Source of the DNA: an uncultured Nitrospiraceae bacterium
GTDB taxonomy: Bacteria > Nitrospirota > Thermodesulfovibrionia > Thermodesulfovibrionales > Dissulfurispiraceae
NCBI GenBank assembly: GCA_963727805.1
Contig: CAVSHF010000003.1
Span: 1,088,001 to 1,152,000, forward strand
DNA length: 64,000 nt
Reading direction: 5' to 3'
A program made the position numbers and the translations under genes. The notes under the pieces are model-generated. The model was not told where the DNA came from and made no database searches. It saw nothing but the letters and a program-made list of their open reading frames with translations. This document shows positions 19,859 through 29,331 of the stretch, piece by piece (position 1 is the first letter of the stretch; every line of letters begins with the position of its first letter).

Positions 19859-20260
19859 ATGTTTCTATTCAAAGGTGGGCAAGCGGTAAAGAAAGGCACT
19901 TATTGGGGTGCCGGGACGACAGGTAAGATAGTCCTGAAGGATAACGAATATCTGCCCGGTGCCGAGCGGGAAGTGTATTTCAAACTTCCGGAAAGTTACA
20001 TCCTGATTCTGCCAATGCTGCTTGCCCTCGGGCTTCCCATGGTCATCCCCGTTCGTACAGAGTTCATGATGATTGCGCTTGTCGTCGCCACTATTTTGGC
20101 GTTCTATGTGGCAGGAATGGGCTTTTCCGTGCTCATCAAGAAAATGCTTGGCAAGACCGCGACATTCGGGTATGCGCCGACTACCTCATACCTGGCGGGG
20201 AACAAGATGAAAAAGACGAGGAAGGAAAGCTTGTCTGAAGAGGAAAACAGGAGAGGGTAG
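19859..20260 (+). CDS. small membrane protein, paralog 2
   Basis: FKGG..VKKGTYW..LPG..YFKLPESY, TM, FGYAPTTSYLAG. Confidence 0.8.
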   Translation: MFLFKGGQAVKKGTYWGAGTTGKIVLKDNEYLPGAEREVYFKLPESYILILPMLLALGLPMVIPVRTEFMMIALVVATILAFYVAGMGFSVLIKKMLGKTATFGYAPTTSYLAGNKMKKTRKESLSEEENRRG

Positions 20261-20331
20261 TGACACATTTTGCATCGGTTAAAGCACTGCCTACTGAAAC
20301 AATGGAATCAGTTGAAAAGAGGTGAACAAAA

Positions 20332-20748
20332 ATGATCATTCATCATGGTGGAACGGCTGCAACAAAGGGATGGTATTGGAGTCCCATGGATGGCGGGCGA
20401 GTCGATATGCGGGACAATGGCATACTTCCAGGGGATACGACTTGCAGTTACCTTAAGATGTCTCCGCTAATTCTTCTTCTCATCGCGCCTCTGTTTGGAA
20501 TGACTTTTACATTCTTCCTGCCGCTCTTTGGGATCGGGGTATTGTTTATCTTATGTTTGCTTCCCGTATTGGGTGTTTGTTCAGCGGTAACCACAACTGC
20601 GCTTCGGGTTTGCGATGGGATTACCGGCAGGCGCGCTACTGCTAGAAAGCAGGTTTCTTTCGTCAGTTTAAGTCCATCGAGAGCGTCTTTTACAGGTGCT
20701 ATGAGGAAGAAGAAAAGCGTTCAAAAGGCAGTTAGAAAGGCAAAATGA
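20332..20748 (+). CDS. small membrane protein, paralog 3 (divergent)
   Basis: HHGG..KGWYW..GILPG..YLKM, TM, SLSPSRASFTG + basic tail. Confidence 0.75.
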   Translation: MIIHHGGTAATKGWYWSPMDGGRVDMRDNGILPGDTTCSYLKMSPLILLLIAPLFGMTFTFFLPLFGIGVLFILCLLPVLGVCSAVTTTALRVCDGITGRRATARKQVSFVSLSPSRASFTGAMRKKKSVQKAVRKAK

Positions 20749-20759
20749 GGAGGTGTAAA

Positions 20760-21152
20760 ATGTACATTTACAGGGGCGGGCAAATAGTAGAAGAAGGAAC
20801 ATATGTGGAATCAGCAAAACATGGGAAAGTCATATTAAAAGCAGACGGCTTCCTTCCCGGGACGGATAAAGAAGTGTATTTCAAGCTTCCGGAAAGCTAT
20901 CTCCTGATCCCTGTGCTTCTGTTCGGCCTTGTCCTTTCGATGGCTTTTCCCTATGGCATCGGCGTAATGATCTTTGCCGTGTTGTTTGCCATCCACAATA
21001 TATTGTTCTCGCTTGTTTCCGCTGGCGAGGAATTACTGGGGGGCTTGTTTGCACACTTTACCGCGGGATACAAACCAAACATGTCCTTTTTTTCTGGAAA
21101 TTCTAAAAAGCTGAAGAAGCGCAAAGCAAGAGATACAAAAAAAGAAGGATAG
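20760..21152 (+). CDS. small membrane protein, paralog 4
   Basis: YRGG..EGTYV..GFLPG..YFKLPESY, LSMAFPYG as in paralog 1, AGYKPNMSFFSG. Confidence 0.8.
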   Translation: MYIYRGGQIVEEGTYVESAKHGKVILKADGFLPGTDKEVYFKLPESYLLIPVLLFGLVLSMAFPYGIGVMIFAVLFAIHNILFSLVSAGEELLGGLFAHFTAGYKPNMSFFSGNSKKLKKRKARDTKKEG

Positions 21153-21200
21153 TTTTGGTGCTACCTTGGTAGCCACAGGAAATAAACAGGAGGTGCTGAT

Positions 21201-21599
21201 ATGCACACATTATTTGATTTTATCAGCAGTGTCAACGGAATCCAGTATGCGCTGGCGCTTGTCTTCATGTTCGGATTCATCATTTTTAGTGAGTTATTGA
21301 AGCCAAAGCCGTTCCAAGGATTGGTCAAGGCAGCAGCGGAAGATATCGGATTCATAAAGGCCCAAGGCAAGGGTAAAGCATTGGGGTTGATTAAGGCCAC
21401 AGCAATGGCACCGCTCTATGCACTGTTCTATCTCGCGGCCGTACCGGTCCTCTTCGTGCATGGGATCGCTGTGCTTTTTGGGAAGGTAATCGTTGCAACG
21501 ACCGCAGTCGGGTGGAGCCCTGTACATGCTTATTTCGCAGGTCGCGGGAAGGGGAAAAAAGCACGAGGTAAAGCCCCCGATCAGCACGCTTCGGAATAG
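21201..21599 (+). CDS. small membrane protein, HmcD-like N-terminus with the paralog-type C-terminal motif
   Basis: MHTLFDFISSVNGIQYALAL..GF; C-terminal VGWSPVHAYFAG + basic tail. Confidence 0.7.
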   Translation: MHTLFDFISSVNGIQYALALVFMFGFIIFSELLKPKPFQGLVKAAAEDIGFIKAQGKGKALGLIKATAMAPLYALFYLAAVPVLFVHGIAVLFGKVIVATTAVGWSPVHAYFAGRGKGKKARGKAPDQHASE

Positions 21600-21622
21600 G
21601 TATCGGGAAGGAGGCAATAAGG

Positions 21623-22087
21623 ATGAATATAAGGGCCTTTAGAAAATGCCGGCTTCCAGCCTGCATAGTCATTGCGTTGCTTGGAATATTGCTCCTCAAA
21701 GCGATGCCCGGGATGGTCGAAGCAATGGACATACCGGGCACAATCGTCATCGATCATATCCAAAAGCAATACAGCCCAGTAACCTTTGATCATACAATGC
21801 ATGCGGGACTGGCAGAAAATTGTGGAAAGTGCCACCACCAGCACAGCGAGAAAACAATTGCTGTATGCAAAGAGTGCCATGCCTTGAATGCCGATGCCTT
21901 TAAAACATCAGTGAAAGAGGGTTTTCTGCCCTGCAGTGGATGCCATTCTGACTACTCTCCGGAAGCGCCTGGGATGCCTAGCCTGAAGGTAGCTTTTCAT
22001 AAGAAATGCTTTGAGTGCCATGTGGGGATAGGGGAACTCGGGTCGTCACCCCGGGGATGTGCTCAGACGTGCCATACCAAGAAGTAA
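21623..22087 (+). CDS. class III (c3-type) multiheme cytochrome c
   Basis: signal/anchor, PVTFDHTMH, 4 CxxCH plus CAQTCH (Cx3CH). Confidence 0.9.
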   Translation: MNIRAFRKCRLPACIVIALLGILLLKAMPGMVEAMDIPGTIVIDHIQKQYSPVTFDHTMHAGLAENCGKCHHQHSEKTIAVCKECHALNADAFKTSVKEGFLPCSGCHSDYSPEAPGMPSLKVAFHKKCFECHVGIGELGSSPRGCAQTCHTKK

Positions 22088-22126
22088 ATATAATCTACAA
22101 ATTTAAAAAGGGATAAGGTCACTATC

Positions 22127-23125
22127 ATGTATAAGAAAAAAAAAGGACAACCAATAGAAAGCATGGAGGATAACCCATCGCAGCAATCGTCCAGTGCATC
22201 TCGCGGACTCTCCAGGAGGAGCTTCCTGTCGGTATCACTGCTGACGGGATGTTCTGCATTAGGTCTTTCCAAGCAAGCTGGGGCATTGAGCGAGTTCAAG
22301 GGGTGGCCCAAGAGCTATGGGATGTTAACGGATTTCACTGCATGTGTCGGCTGCCGGAGCTGCGAAGAAGCCTGCAACAAGGCCAATGGGATGCCTGCGC
22401 CGGACAAGCCATTCGATGACGACTCGGTTTTCAAGGAGTCCAGATGGCCTTCAGCCGCTGCCCTCACTGTGGTCAACCGGTTTGAAAACCCTAAAGACAC
22501 TTCCAGACCAATATACAGAAAGGTCCAGTGCAACCATTGCCTGGAACCTGCATGCGCCAGCGCATGTCCGATTCACGCATACACGAAGACACCAGAGGGT
22601 GCAGTAATCTACAATGAAGACCTCTGTTTTGGCTGCAGATACTGTGTAGTAGCATGCCCTTTTAACATACCTGGCTACAGTTACGATAGTGCGCTGGAAC
22701 CAAAAATTATAAAATGCACCCTCTGCCACGTGAGAGTTTCCAAAGGGCTGCTTCCGGCTTGTGCAGACGCATGTCCTGCCGGGGCGATCCTATACGGCAA
22801 AAGGGAAGAGCTGCTCAAAATAGCCCGCAAGAGGATCGAAGACAGCCCGGGGAAATATATTGACCATATTTATGGTGAGCGCGAGGTCGGAGGCACTTCC
22901 TGGCTCTATCTCTCCAGCGTGCCTTTTGAACAGCTCGGGTTTCCCTCCAACCTTCCGAAGAAGCCCCTCCTCGAACTTACGGAGGGGTACCTGTCTGCGG
23001 TGCCGGTTATTTTCACGACCTTCCCCGCCATATTCGGCTTAGTGTATAGTGCAATGAAGCAGCGAACAAAGAAGACAGGTAAAGAAGAGGACCACGGTCA
23101 TCTGAAGGAGAACGAAAATGAATAG
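22127..23125 (+). CDS. Tat-exported 4Fe-4S protein (HybA/HmcB/NrfC-like)
   Basis: SRRSFL twin-arginine signal; four Cys cluster motifs; GEREVGGTSWLYLS; C-terminal TM. Confidence 0.9.
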   Translation: MYKKKKGQPIESMEDNPSQQSSSASRGLSRRSFLSVSLLTGCSALGLSKQAGALSEFKGWPKSYGMLTDFTACVGCRSCEEACNKANGMPAPDKPFDDDSVFKESRWPSAAALTVVNRFENPKDTSRPIYRKVQCNHCLEPACASACPIHAYTKTPEGAVIYNEDLCFGCRYCVVACPFNIPGYSYDSALEPKIIKCTLCHVRVSKGLLPACADACPAGAILYGKREELLKIARKRIEDSPGKYIDHIYGEREVGGTSWLYLSSVPFEQLGFPSNLPKKPLLELTEGYLSAVPVIFTTFPAIFGLVYSAMKQRTKKTGKEEDHGHLKENENE

Positions 23126-24374
23126 AGGCGGTGACTATACGGCCAAATCCCACACCTCTTCGGCCGGATTTACTGCATGGTTCATGAACAAACTGTTCAT
23201 GGGCATGAGCCCGTCTGAATACTCCAGGTCACTCATCACGCCTTTTAATCTGATTGCAGCATCGATCCTCGCCACTTCTTTGCCGATCTTTATCGCACGG
23301 TACGGCAAAGGGCTCGCTTCTGTCCTGGACGCCACAAACGAATATCCATGGGGACTCTTGCTCAGCTGGGGTATTTTTGCCGGGGAGCCTCTTTTTGCCT
23401 GCGGCTTTGTGGTAGCGGCGGGCTACTATCTGTTCGGAATGAAGACCTACCGTCCGCTTGTGCGCATTGCGGTGCTGGGCGGAATGCTCGGTTATGCCTT
23501 CGCGGCTTCGTACCTGCTGATCGATCTTGGCCGGCCATGGCGAATCTATTATCCTATGCTTATGAATTTCGGACCGTCGTCTGTCCTTTTTGTCGTAGCT
23601 TGGCATGTAGCTCTGTATGTTACAGTTCAGTTTATGGAGTTTTCGCCGGCCATTCTTGAATGGCTGGGATCGAAGCGGCTTCATAAATGGGCTGTCTCCG
23701 TCACCGTGGCACTTATTATAGGTGGTGTTATCCTTTCTACCGTGCACCAGTCGGCACTCGGCGCCATGTACCTCATTACACCGGGCAAACTCCATCCGCT
23801 GTGGTACACCTCGCACCTCCCGCTGCTGTTTTTCAGTTCTGCTGTTTATGCGGCAATGGCGTTTGCGATAATCCTTTCTTTCGTCGCTGTACACTATTTC
23901 AGAGACAGGTGTGATACTGAGTTCATTTCAAACATCCCCGCAGTCACGCTGAGTCTGGGTAAAGGGGCTGCTGTGGCGATGTACATCTATTTTGCCTTGA
24001 AGGTCATAGCACTGGCTCAGGATAACCGATGGGAATTCCTGCTCACCCCTTTCGGCTACTGGTACCTGGTGGAGCTGTTAGGTTTTGTTGCGGTGCCCAT
24101 GGCACTTTTTTCGATTGCAGTAAAAACGGAAAGCCTCACACTGGTTCGTTTCGCTTCACTATGGGCAGTGCTTGGGATCGTGTTGAACAGGGTTAACGTC
24201 AATCTGATCTCCTTCAACTGGAACCTGCCCGGACACTTTGAACGCATCATTCCGTCATCGGGCGAGGTCATTATGATCCTGGCGATGGTCACGCTGCACA
24301 TTCTTGTATTCAGGTGGATATTGAACAGGTTTCCGGTGACGAAGGAATTACCCGAATACAAGGGGTCACATTGA
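23118..24374 (+). CDS. NrfD/PsrC-family membrane subunit (HybB/HmcC-like)
   Basis: YPWGL, DLGRPWR, LSTVHQSALG, LHPLW; about 10 TM. Confidence 0.9.
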   Translation: MNRGGDYTAKSHTSSAGFTAWFMNKLFMGMSPSEYSRSLITPFNLIAASILATSLPIFIARYGKGLASVLDATNEYPWGLLLSWGIFAGEPLFACGFVVAAGYYLFGMKTYRPLVRIAVLGGMLGYAFAASYLLIDLGRPWRIYYPMLMNFGPSSVLFVVAWHVALYVTVQFMEFSPAILEWLGSKRLHKWAVSVTVALIIGGVILSTVHQSALGAMYLITPGKLHPLWYTSHLPLLFFSSAVYAAMAFAIILSFVAVHYFRDRCDTEFISNIPAVTLSLGKGAAVAMYIYFALKVIALAQDNRWEFLLTPFGYWYLVELLGFVAVPMALFSIAVKTESLTLVRFASLWAVLGIVLNRVNVNLISFNWNLPGHFERIIPSSGEVIMILAMVTLHILVFRWILNRFPVTKELPEYKGSH

Positions 24375-24381
24375 CCCGGCT

Positions 24382-25851
24382 ATGACACGCGTACCAAAGG
24401 AAGACGGTTTGAGAATAACGGTCTGCTTGTTAGGGGTCCTGTTCATTCTCTGCCTGTCGCTTCCTGCCTTGGCGTTAAATGAACAGAAAAAAGCAGAGAA
24501 TGGGGGGAACAAGTACTGCCTTGACTGTCACAGCAGTAAAGAGGCAGTGAAAACGTTCTCAGATGGGAGCTCCATCTCCACCTACGTCGATCCTCATGCT
24601 TTCAATAAGTCTGTCCACGGGACGCTTTCCTGCATGGCGTGTCATCAGGAGTTTTCCGAGAGGCAACATCCCGATCGCGGCTTCAGAGACAGGCTCCAAT
24701 ACCAAATTATGACGTCTCGCAGATGCCGTGACTGCCATCCCGATACGGCGATAAAATCAAGGCCCATTCATGTGGCGTTGTTAAAGAAGGAAAAGATTGG
24801 GGAGGCAATCGTCTGCACGACTTGTCATAGCGCCCATGCGGTTGTCCGCGTCTCTGCAGGCAATGTCGTTACATCCGAGGACAAGTATTGTATGGGCTGC
24901 CATGACCATGAAGGAAAGATGGGATTCATCAATGGAGAGGCTGTTCCGACGCGTGTGAAGACTGCCGAAATATCGGATTCCCCACACAGGGATATCGGCT
25001 GCTCAGATTGCCACTTTGGGTTTTCGGCATCGGACCATCCACAAAAAAAGTTCAGATCCGAGAGGGAGTACCGGCAATCGTCCGCAGAAATCTGCCGTCG
25101 TTGCCATTACGATAAGTATGCAAAGGTGTCGGAAGGCATACACTATGCAATGCTGAATGTGGGAAGGCTGGATGCGCCCACCTGTGTTGATTGCCATGGA
25201 ACGCATGCAATCTCATCACCTGCACAGAACCGGCTTGCGATAGTCGCAAAATGCGCGGCATGCCACAATGCGGTTTATGTTGCGTACTCTAAGAGTGTCC
25301 ATGGTAGCGCGCTGTTTAATGATAATAATAGGGATGTCGCGATTTGTACCGACTGCCATTCTTCCCACAGCATCCAGGACCCCGCCACGTCCGATTTCCA
25401 TGATTACATTCCCGATAAATGTAGCACCTGCCATTCGAATGCTGTGATTATGGGCAAGTACGGACTCTCTACAGAGGTGGTGAAGACCTATCTTTCTGAT
25501 TTTCACGGCATGACGCTCAGCCTTTACCGGAGTGAGACGAGACGGCGTTACAGCCCACCGCCTGCCATGGCTGTCTGCACGGACTGCCACGGGACACACG
25601 ATATTGCCCGCGTTTCGGGCTCCGACATGACGGTGATGAAGAGCAAGCTTCTTAAACGGTGCAGCTCATGTCACTCCGGAGCAACCGAGAACTTTCCCGA
25701 CGCGTGGCTCTCACATTATACGCCGAGTTTCAAGGTCGCACCCATGATTTTCATCACAGAAAAATTTTACAAAATTATGTTGCCGCTTACTGTTGTCGGC
25801 ATACTATTTCTGGTGCTGCTGGACATCTGGCGGTACCTTAAAAACAGGTAG
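24382..25851 (+). CDS. 13-heme cytochrome c with C-terminal membrane anchor
   Basis: signal peptide, 13 CxxCH motifs counted, C-terminal TM helix. Confidence 0.92.
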   Translation: MTRVPKEDGLRITVCLLGVLFILCLSLPALALNEQKKAENGGNKYCLDCHSSKEAVKTFSDGSSISTYVDPHAFNKSVHGTLSCMACHQEFSERQHPDRGFRDRLQYQIMTSRRCRDCHPDTAIKSRPIHVALLKKEKIGEAIVCTTCHSAHAVVRVSAGNVVTSEDKYCMGCHDHEGKMGFINGEAVPTRVKTAEISDSPHRDIGCSDCHFGFSASDHPQKKFRSEREYRQSSAEICRRCHYDKYAKVSEGIHYAMLNVGRLDAPTCVDCHGTHAISSPAQNRLAIVAKCAACHNAVYVAYSKSVHGSALFNDNNRDVAICTDCHSSHSIQDPATSDFHDYIPDKCSTCHSNAVIMGKYGLSTEVVKTYLSDFHGMTLSLYRSETRRRYSPPPAMAVCTDCHGTHDIARVSGSDMTVMKSKLLKRCSSCHSGATENFPDAWLSHYTPSFKVAPMIFITEKFYKIMLPLTVVGILFLVLLDIWRYLKNR

Positions 25852-25863
25852 AGAGAGGACGCT

Positions 25864-26541
25864 ATGGCTTCCAGAGAAGTGTCAAACAATGAGGAGCAGC
25901 TGAGGCGGTTCAGTACCTATCGGATCATCGAGCATGTAGCGCTCATCATGCTGTTTTGCGCTCTGGCACTGACAGGACTTCCCCAGAAGTTTTACTATCT
26001 GACCATTTCGCAGTCTATTATTATCATCCTGGGGGGAATTGACATTCTGCGGTTCATGCACCATCTTGCAGGAGCGCTATTTACAGTACTCGTTGTACAA
26101 CACATTATTGTTAATTTTGCGGGTGTTATGTTCCGTGGGTGGCAGCCCGCTATGCTCATCACATTTCAGGACGCCCGTGACGCCTTTCACAATGTCAGGT
26201 ATTACCTGGGACTGGGTGACAGACCGGCGCTCTGCGGCAGGTATTCATACAAAGAAAAGTGTATTTATTGGCTCGTCCTTTTGGGGGGTATCCAGATGAT
26301 AATAACGGGCTTTGTCCTTTGGTTTCCGGTTACCCTGACAAAATTCCTGCCGGGACTGTTTGTCCCCCTTTCAAAAAGTGTCCACACCAGCGAGGCGATG
26401 CTGATTTTTCTCCTCATAGTTACCTGGCACATCTATGACTCCATATTAAGCCCAGACGTATTCCCTCTCAATAAGAGCATTTTTACAGGATATATTACAA
26501 AAAAACAGATGAAACAGCGCCAGATGCTGGAAATGCCATAG
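25864..26541 (+). CDS. cytochrome b (FdnI/CbcB-like)
   Basis: RIIEH, LTGLPQKF, MHH, GRYSYKEK, VHTSEA, WHIY; 4 TM. Confidence 0.85.
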   Translation: MASREVSNNEEQLRRFSTYRIIEHVALIMLFCALALTGLPQKFYYLTISQSIIIILGGIDILRFMHHLAGALFTVLVVQHIIVNFAGVMFRGWQPAMLITFQDARDAFHNVRYYLGLGDRPALCGRYSYKEKCIYWLVLLGGIQMIITGFVLWFPVTLTKFLPGLFVPLSKSVHTSEAMLIFLLIVTWHIYDSILSPDVFPLNKSIFTGYITKKQMKQRQMLEMP

Positions 26542-26618
26542 GGTGCGGAGATGGGCAACGATGTATTGCCTGGACCACCCGTTTGACACAAAATAGCTGT
26601 TATGGTGTATTGTTTTAA

Positions 26619-28439
26619 TTGATGCAGAAAAAGATCCTTATCGTTCTCATTCTGAACATCATTGTGGTTTCGGTCACGCTGAGCGTTGTAAGTTATCTCT
26701 CGATCCACTCGAGCATTGATCGATCGCTGCAGAATAAGATTGCCTTTGCCAGGATCATCTCTAACTATGTTGAACTCTTGATGAGCAGAAGCCTTAACAG
26801 GCTCCAGGACATTGCCCGGTCTGAGAAGATAAATTTGAACGAAAATGACTGGGAGCCGAAGAGGAGGATGCTTCAGACCGCCTATAAATATTCGCTTTTC
26901 ACCGAGGGGGTATTCCTTCTTGATAAACACGGCAATAAACTGCTGACCTATCCCGCCGACATTGGGCATTTCGCTAATCTCACGTATATCCCCTCTGTTA
27001 ATCAAGTCCTCCAGTACGGGAAGCCCGTCATTTCGGATATCTATACGATCGAACCGAGTAAGAAAAAAGTGATATTCGTAATGACACCGCTCAAGGACAA
27101 GGAGGGAAATATTAGCGGTATTGCAGGTGGACTTATCAGCCCGACAAACGATATTTTACACAACCTCCTGCAGAGCGTTCTGACTGAACCGAACACCTAT
27201 GTGGATATAATAGATTCGAACGAAATCGTGGTCGCTTCCGACGATCCGGGGCATGTACTTCAGCACCATGACCATGGTTCCTCACTCAGCAAAATGATCA
27301 AGGAAGGGCAGGCCGGCATAGTGGAGTGCAAACATGGGTTTTCGCATCCAAATTCGGCAGTGAAGCCAATCGACCTTATTGCGGTCGTTCCCTTTCGCAT
27401 GGCCCCGTGGGCTGTCGTTTTGGGACAATCCGAGAAGGATATTTTCTCACCTGCAATAAACCTGCAAACGGATTTTATCATGCTCGTGCTCGTCTTTGCC
27501 GGCGCTTCTCTGCTGCTCTCAATCATCATGAGCAAGAAGATTGTCAGACCGCTTCAGTCTCTTATCTCCTCGGTAAACAGGATTGCCGAAGGTGATCTTG
27601 CAACGCCGGTGGGAAATGTGGGAAGCGATGAAATATTGAAGCTCAGCACGAGCTTTGACGATATGAGAGGACGGCTCTCTGATTCACTCGAGAAGATAAG
27701 TATCCAGAATGTCGAACTGGAAAACCGTGTCGCGATGAGGACCGAGGAGATTCGAGAGAGTAGAAAGAGGGTCCGGCACCTCCTGAAAAAGGTCATTTCA
27801 TCCCAGGAGGAGGAGCGAAGGAGAATTGCACGGGAACTCCATGATACCATACTGCAGGACGTATCGGCCTTTTTGATACAGCTTGACATCTGCAGGCTGC
27901 ACACTGAACTCATTACAGTGGAGAAGATAGACGAAATGAAGGGGATAACAATAGGAATTATTGACGGCATTCATAGAGTCATCGAGGACCTGAGGCCGTC
28001 GCTGCTGGATGATCTCGGCATCGACGCTGCCATCATGTGGCTATTGAACAAGCATCTTTCAGCAAAAGGGATTAATTTTTATCTCGATTTCAAATCCCCT
28101 CTGACCAGACGTCTGCCCCAGGAAGTCGAAATCCTGGTTTTCAGAATACTGCAAGAATCACTTGTCAACATAGCCCGCCATGCCAGGGCCGAGAATGTTT
28201 TCATTACCTCAGAAGTTAACGAGTCTCATCTGACGATCACCTTAGAAGATGATGGTACGGGATTCGATATCGATGCTTTGATGAAACTTCCGGTTGAAAC
28301 CGGCAGGGGCCTGGGACTGATGGGAATGAAGGAGAGGGCCAATCTGCTCGGCGGACACCTGATGATATACTCGCGTCCGGGCGAAGGAACCAGAGTATGC
28401 ATTGAGGTACCGTTGGAGGCACAAATAGAAAATGTCTAA
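26619..28439 (+). CDS. sensor histidine kinase (Cache-HAMP-HisKA_3-HATPase)
   Basis: two TM, EEERRRIARELHD, QESLVNIARHA, DDGTGF, GLGLMGMKER. Confidence 0.93.
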   Translation: MMQKKILIVLILNIIVVSVTLSVVSYLSIHSSIDRSLQNKIAFARIISNYVELLMSRSLNRLQDIARSEKINLNENDWEPKRRMLQTAYKYSLFTEGVFLLDKHGNKLLTYPADIGHFANLTYIPSVNQVLQYGKPVISDIYTIEPSKKKVIFVMTPLKDKEGNISGIAGGLISPTNDILHNLLQSVLTEPNTYVDIIDSNEIVVASDDPGHVLQHHDHGSSLSKMIKEGQAGIVECKHGFSHPNSAVKPIDLIAVVPFRMAPWAVVLGQSEKDIFSPAINLQTDFIMLVLVFAGASLLLSIIMSKKIVRPLQSLISSVNRIAEGDLATPVGNVGSDEILKLSTSFDDMRGRLSDSLEKISIQNVELENRVAMRTEEIRESRKRVRHLLKKVISSQEEERRRIARELHDTILQDVSAFLIQLDICRLHTELITVEKIDEMKGITIGIIDGIHRVIEDLRPSLLDDLGIDAAIMWLLNKHLSAKGINFYLDFKSPLTRRLPQEVEILVFRILQESLVNIARHARAENVFITSEVNESHLTITLEDDGTGFDIDALMKLPVETGRGLGLMGMKERANLLGGHLMIYSRPGEGTRVCIEVPLEAQIENV

Positions 28440-29091
28440 AATACGCGTATTAATTGCAGATGATCATGCATTAGTGAGAGAGGGGATCTCTGCGCTCCTC
28501 AGGTTCTTCGATGATATTGAAGTAGTCGGAGAGGCGTCCGACGGCATTGAAGCCATTGATCGCGCCCGTGAACTTAAGCCCGACATTATCTTGATGGATG
28601 TCGGTATGCCCAGGCTCGGGGGCCTTGAAGCGACGATAGAGCTCAGGAAAACGAATCCGGAGATTAAGATAATAATACTAACCCAGTATGAAGACAGAGA
28701 GTATATCTCCCGTTTCCTGAAGGCAGGTGTTTCCGGGTATCTTCTCAAGAAAGCGGTAGGCAGCGAACTTGTCAATGCACTCAGGACAGTCCAGAAGGGA
28801 GAGTTCTATCTTTTTTCTTCGATAGCGGCAGAAGTGGTTGCAGGGTATCTTGGTCAAAACCGGGGATCAGGGGAAGAAGAACCTTATGAAAAGCTTACTG
28901 ACAGGGAGAAACAGGTTCTTAAGCTGATAGCCGAAGGGCTAAGTCATAAAGAGATTGCCGGATGTCTCAATATCAGTGTCAAAACGGTGATTGCACACCA
29001 GACAAACATATCGGAAAAACTGAATATACACAACCGTATGGGACTTGCCAAGTTTGCTATCCAGAAAGGAATAATAAAGCTCAAAACCTGA
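28432..29091 (+). CDS. NarL/LuxR family response regulator
   Basis: IADDH, LMDVGMP, LTDREKQVLKLIAEG HTH. Confidence 0.95.
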   Translation: MSKIRVLIADDHALVREGISALLRFFDDIEVVGEASDGIEAIDRARELKPDIILMDVGMPRLGGLEATIELRKTNPEIKIIILTQYEDREYISRFLKAGVSGYLLKKAVGSELVNALRTVQKGEFYLFSSIAAEVVAGYLGQNRGSGEEEPYEKLTDREKQVLKLIAEGLSHKEIAGCLNISVKTVIAHQTNISEKLNIHNRMGLAKFAIQKGIIKLKT

Positions 29092-29331
29092 CTGATCAGT
29101 ACAGTACTGAGCAGTGCATAAAGATGGCCTGCCCGTGACTTTCTGCCATGAAAAAATATTCTTTGCATAAAATTGACGTTCTGAGGAGCCCGAGATGGCG
29201 GAATTCCTGTTTGTTTTAAGATCATAGTGTGCTTTGTTATGCTTTTTGATTCATTTCCAATCCGATATTTTCAAGTTCCATTACAAAGGGTCTGATTTAG
29301 CAGATTTATGAGAGAAATGCCATTTACCATC

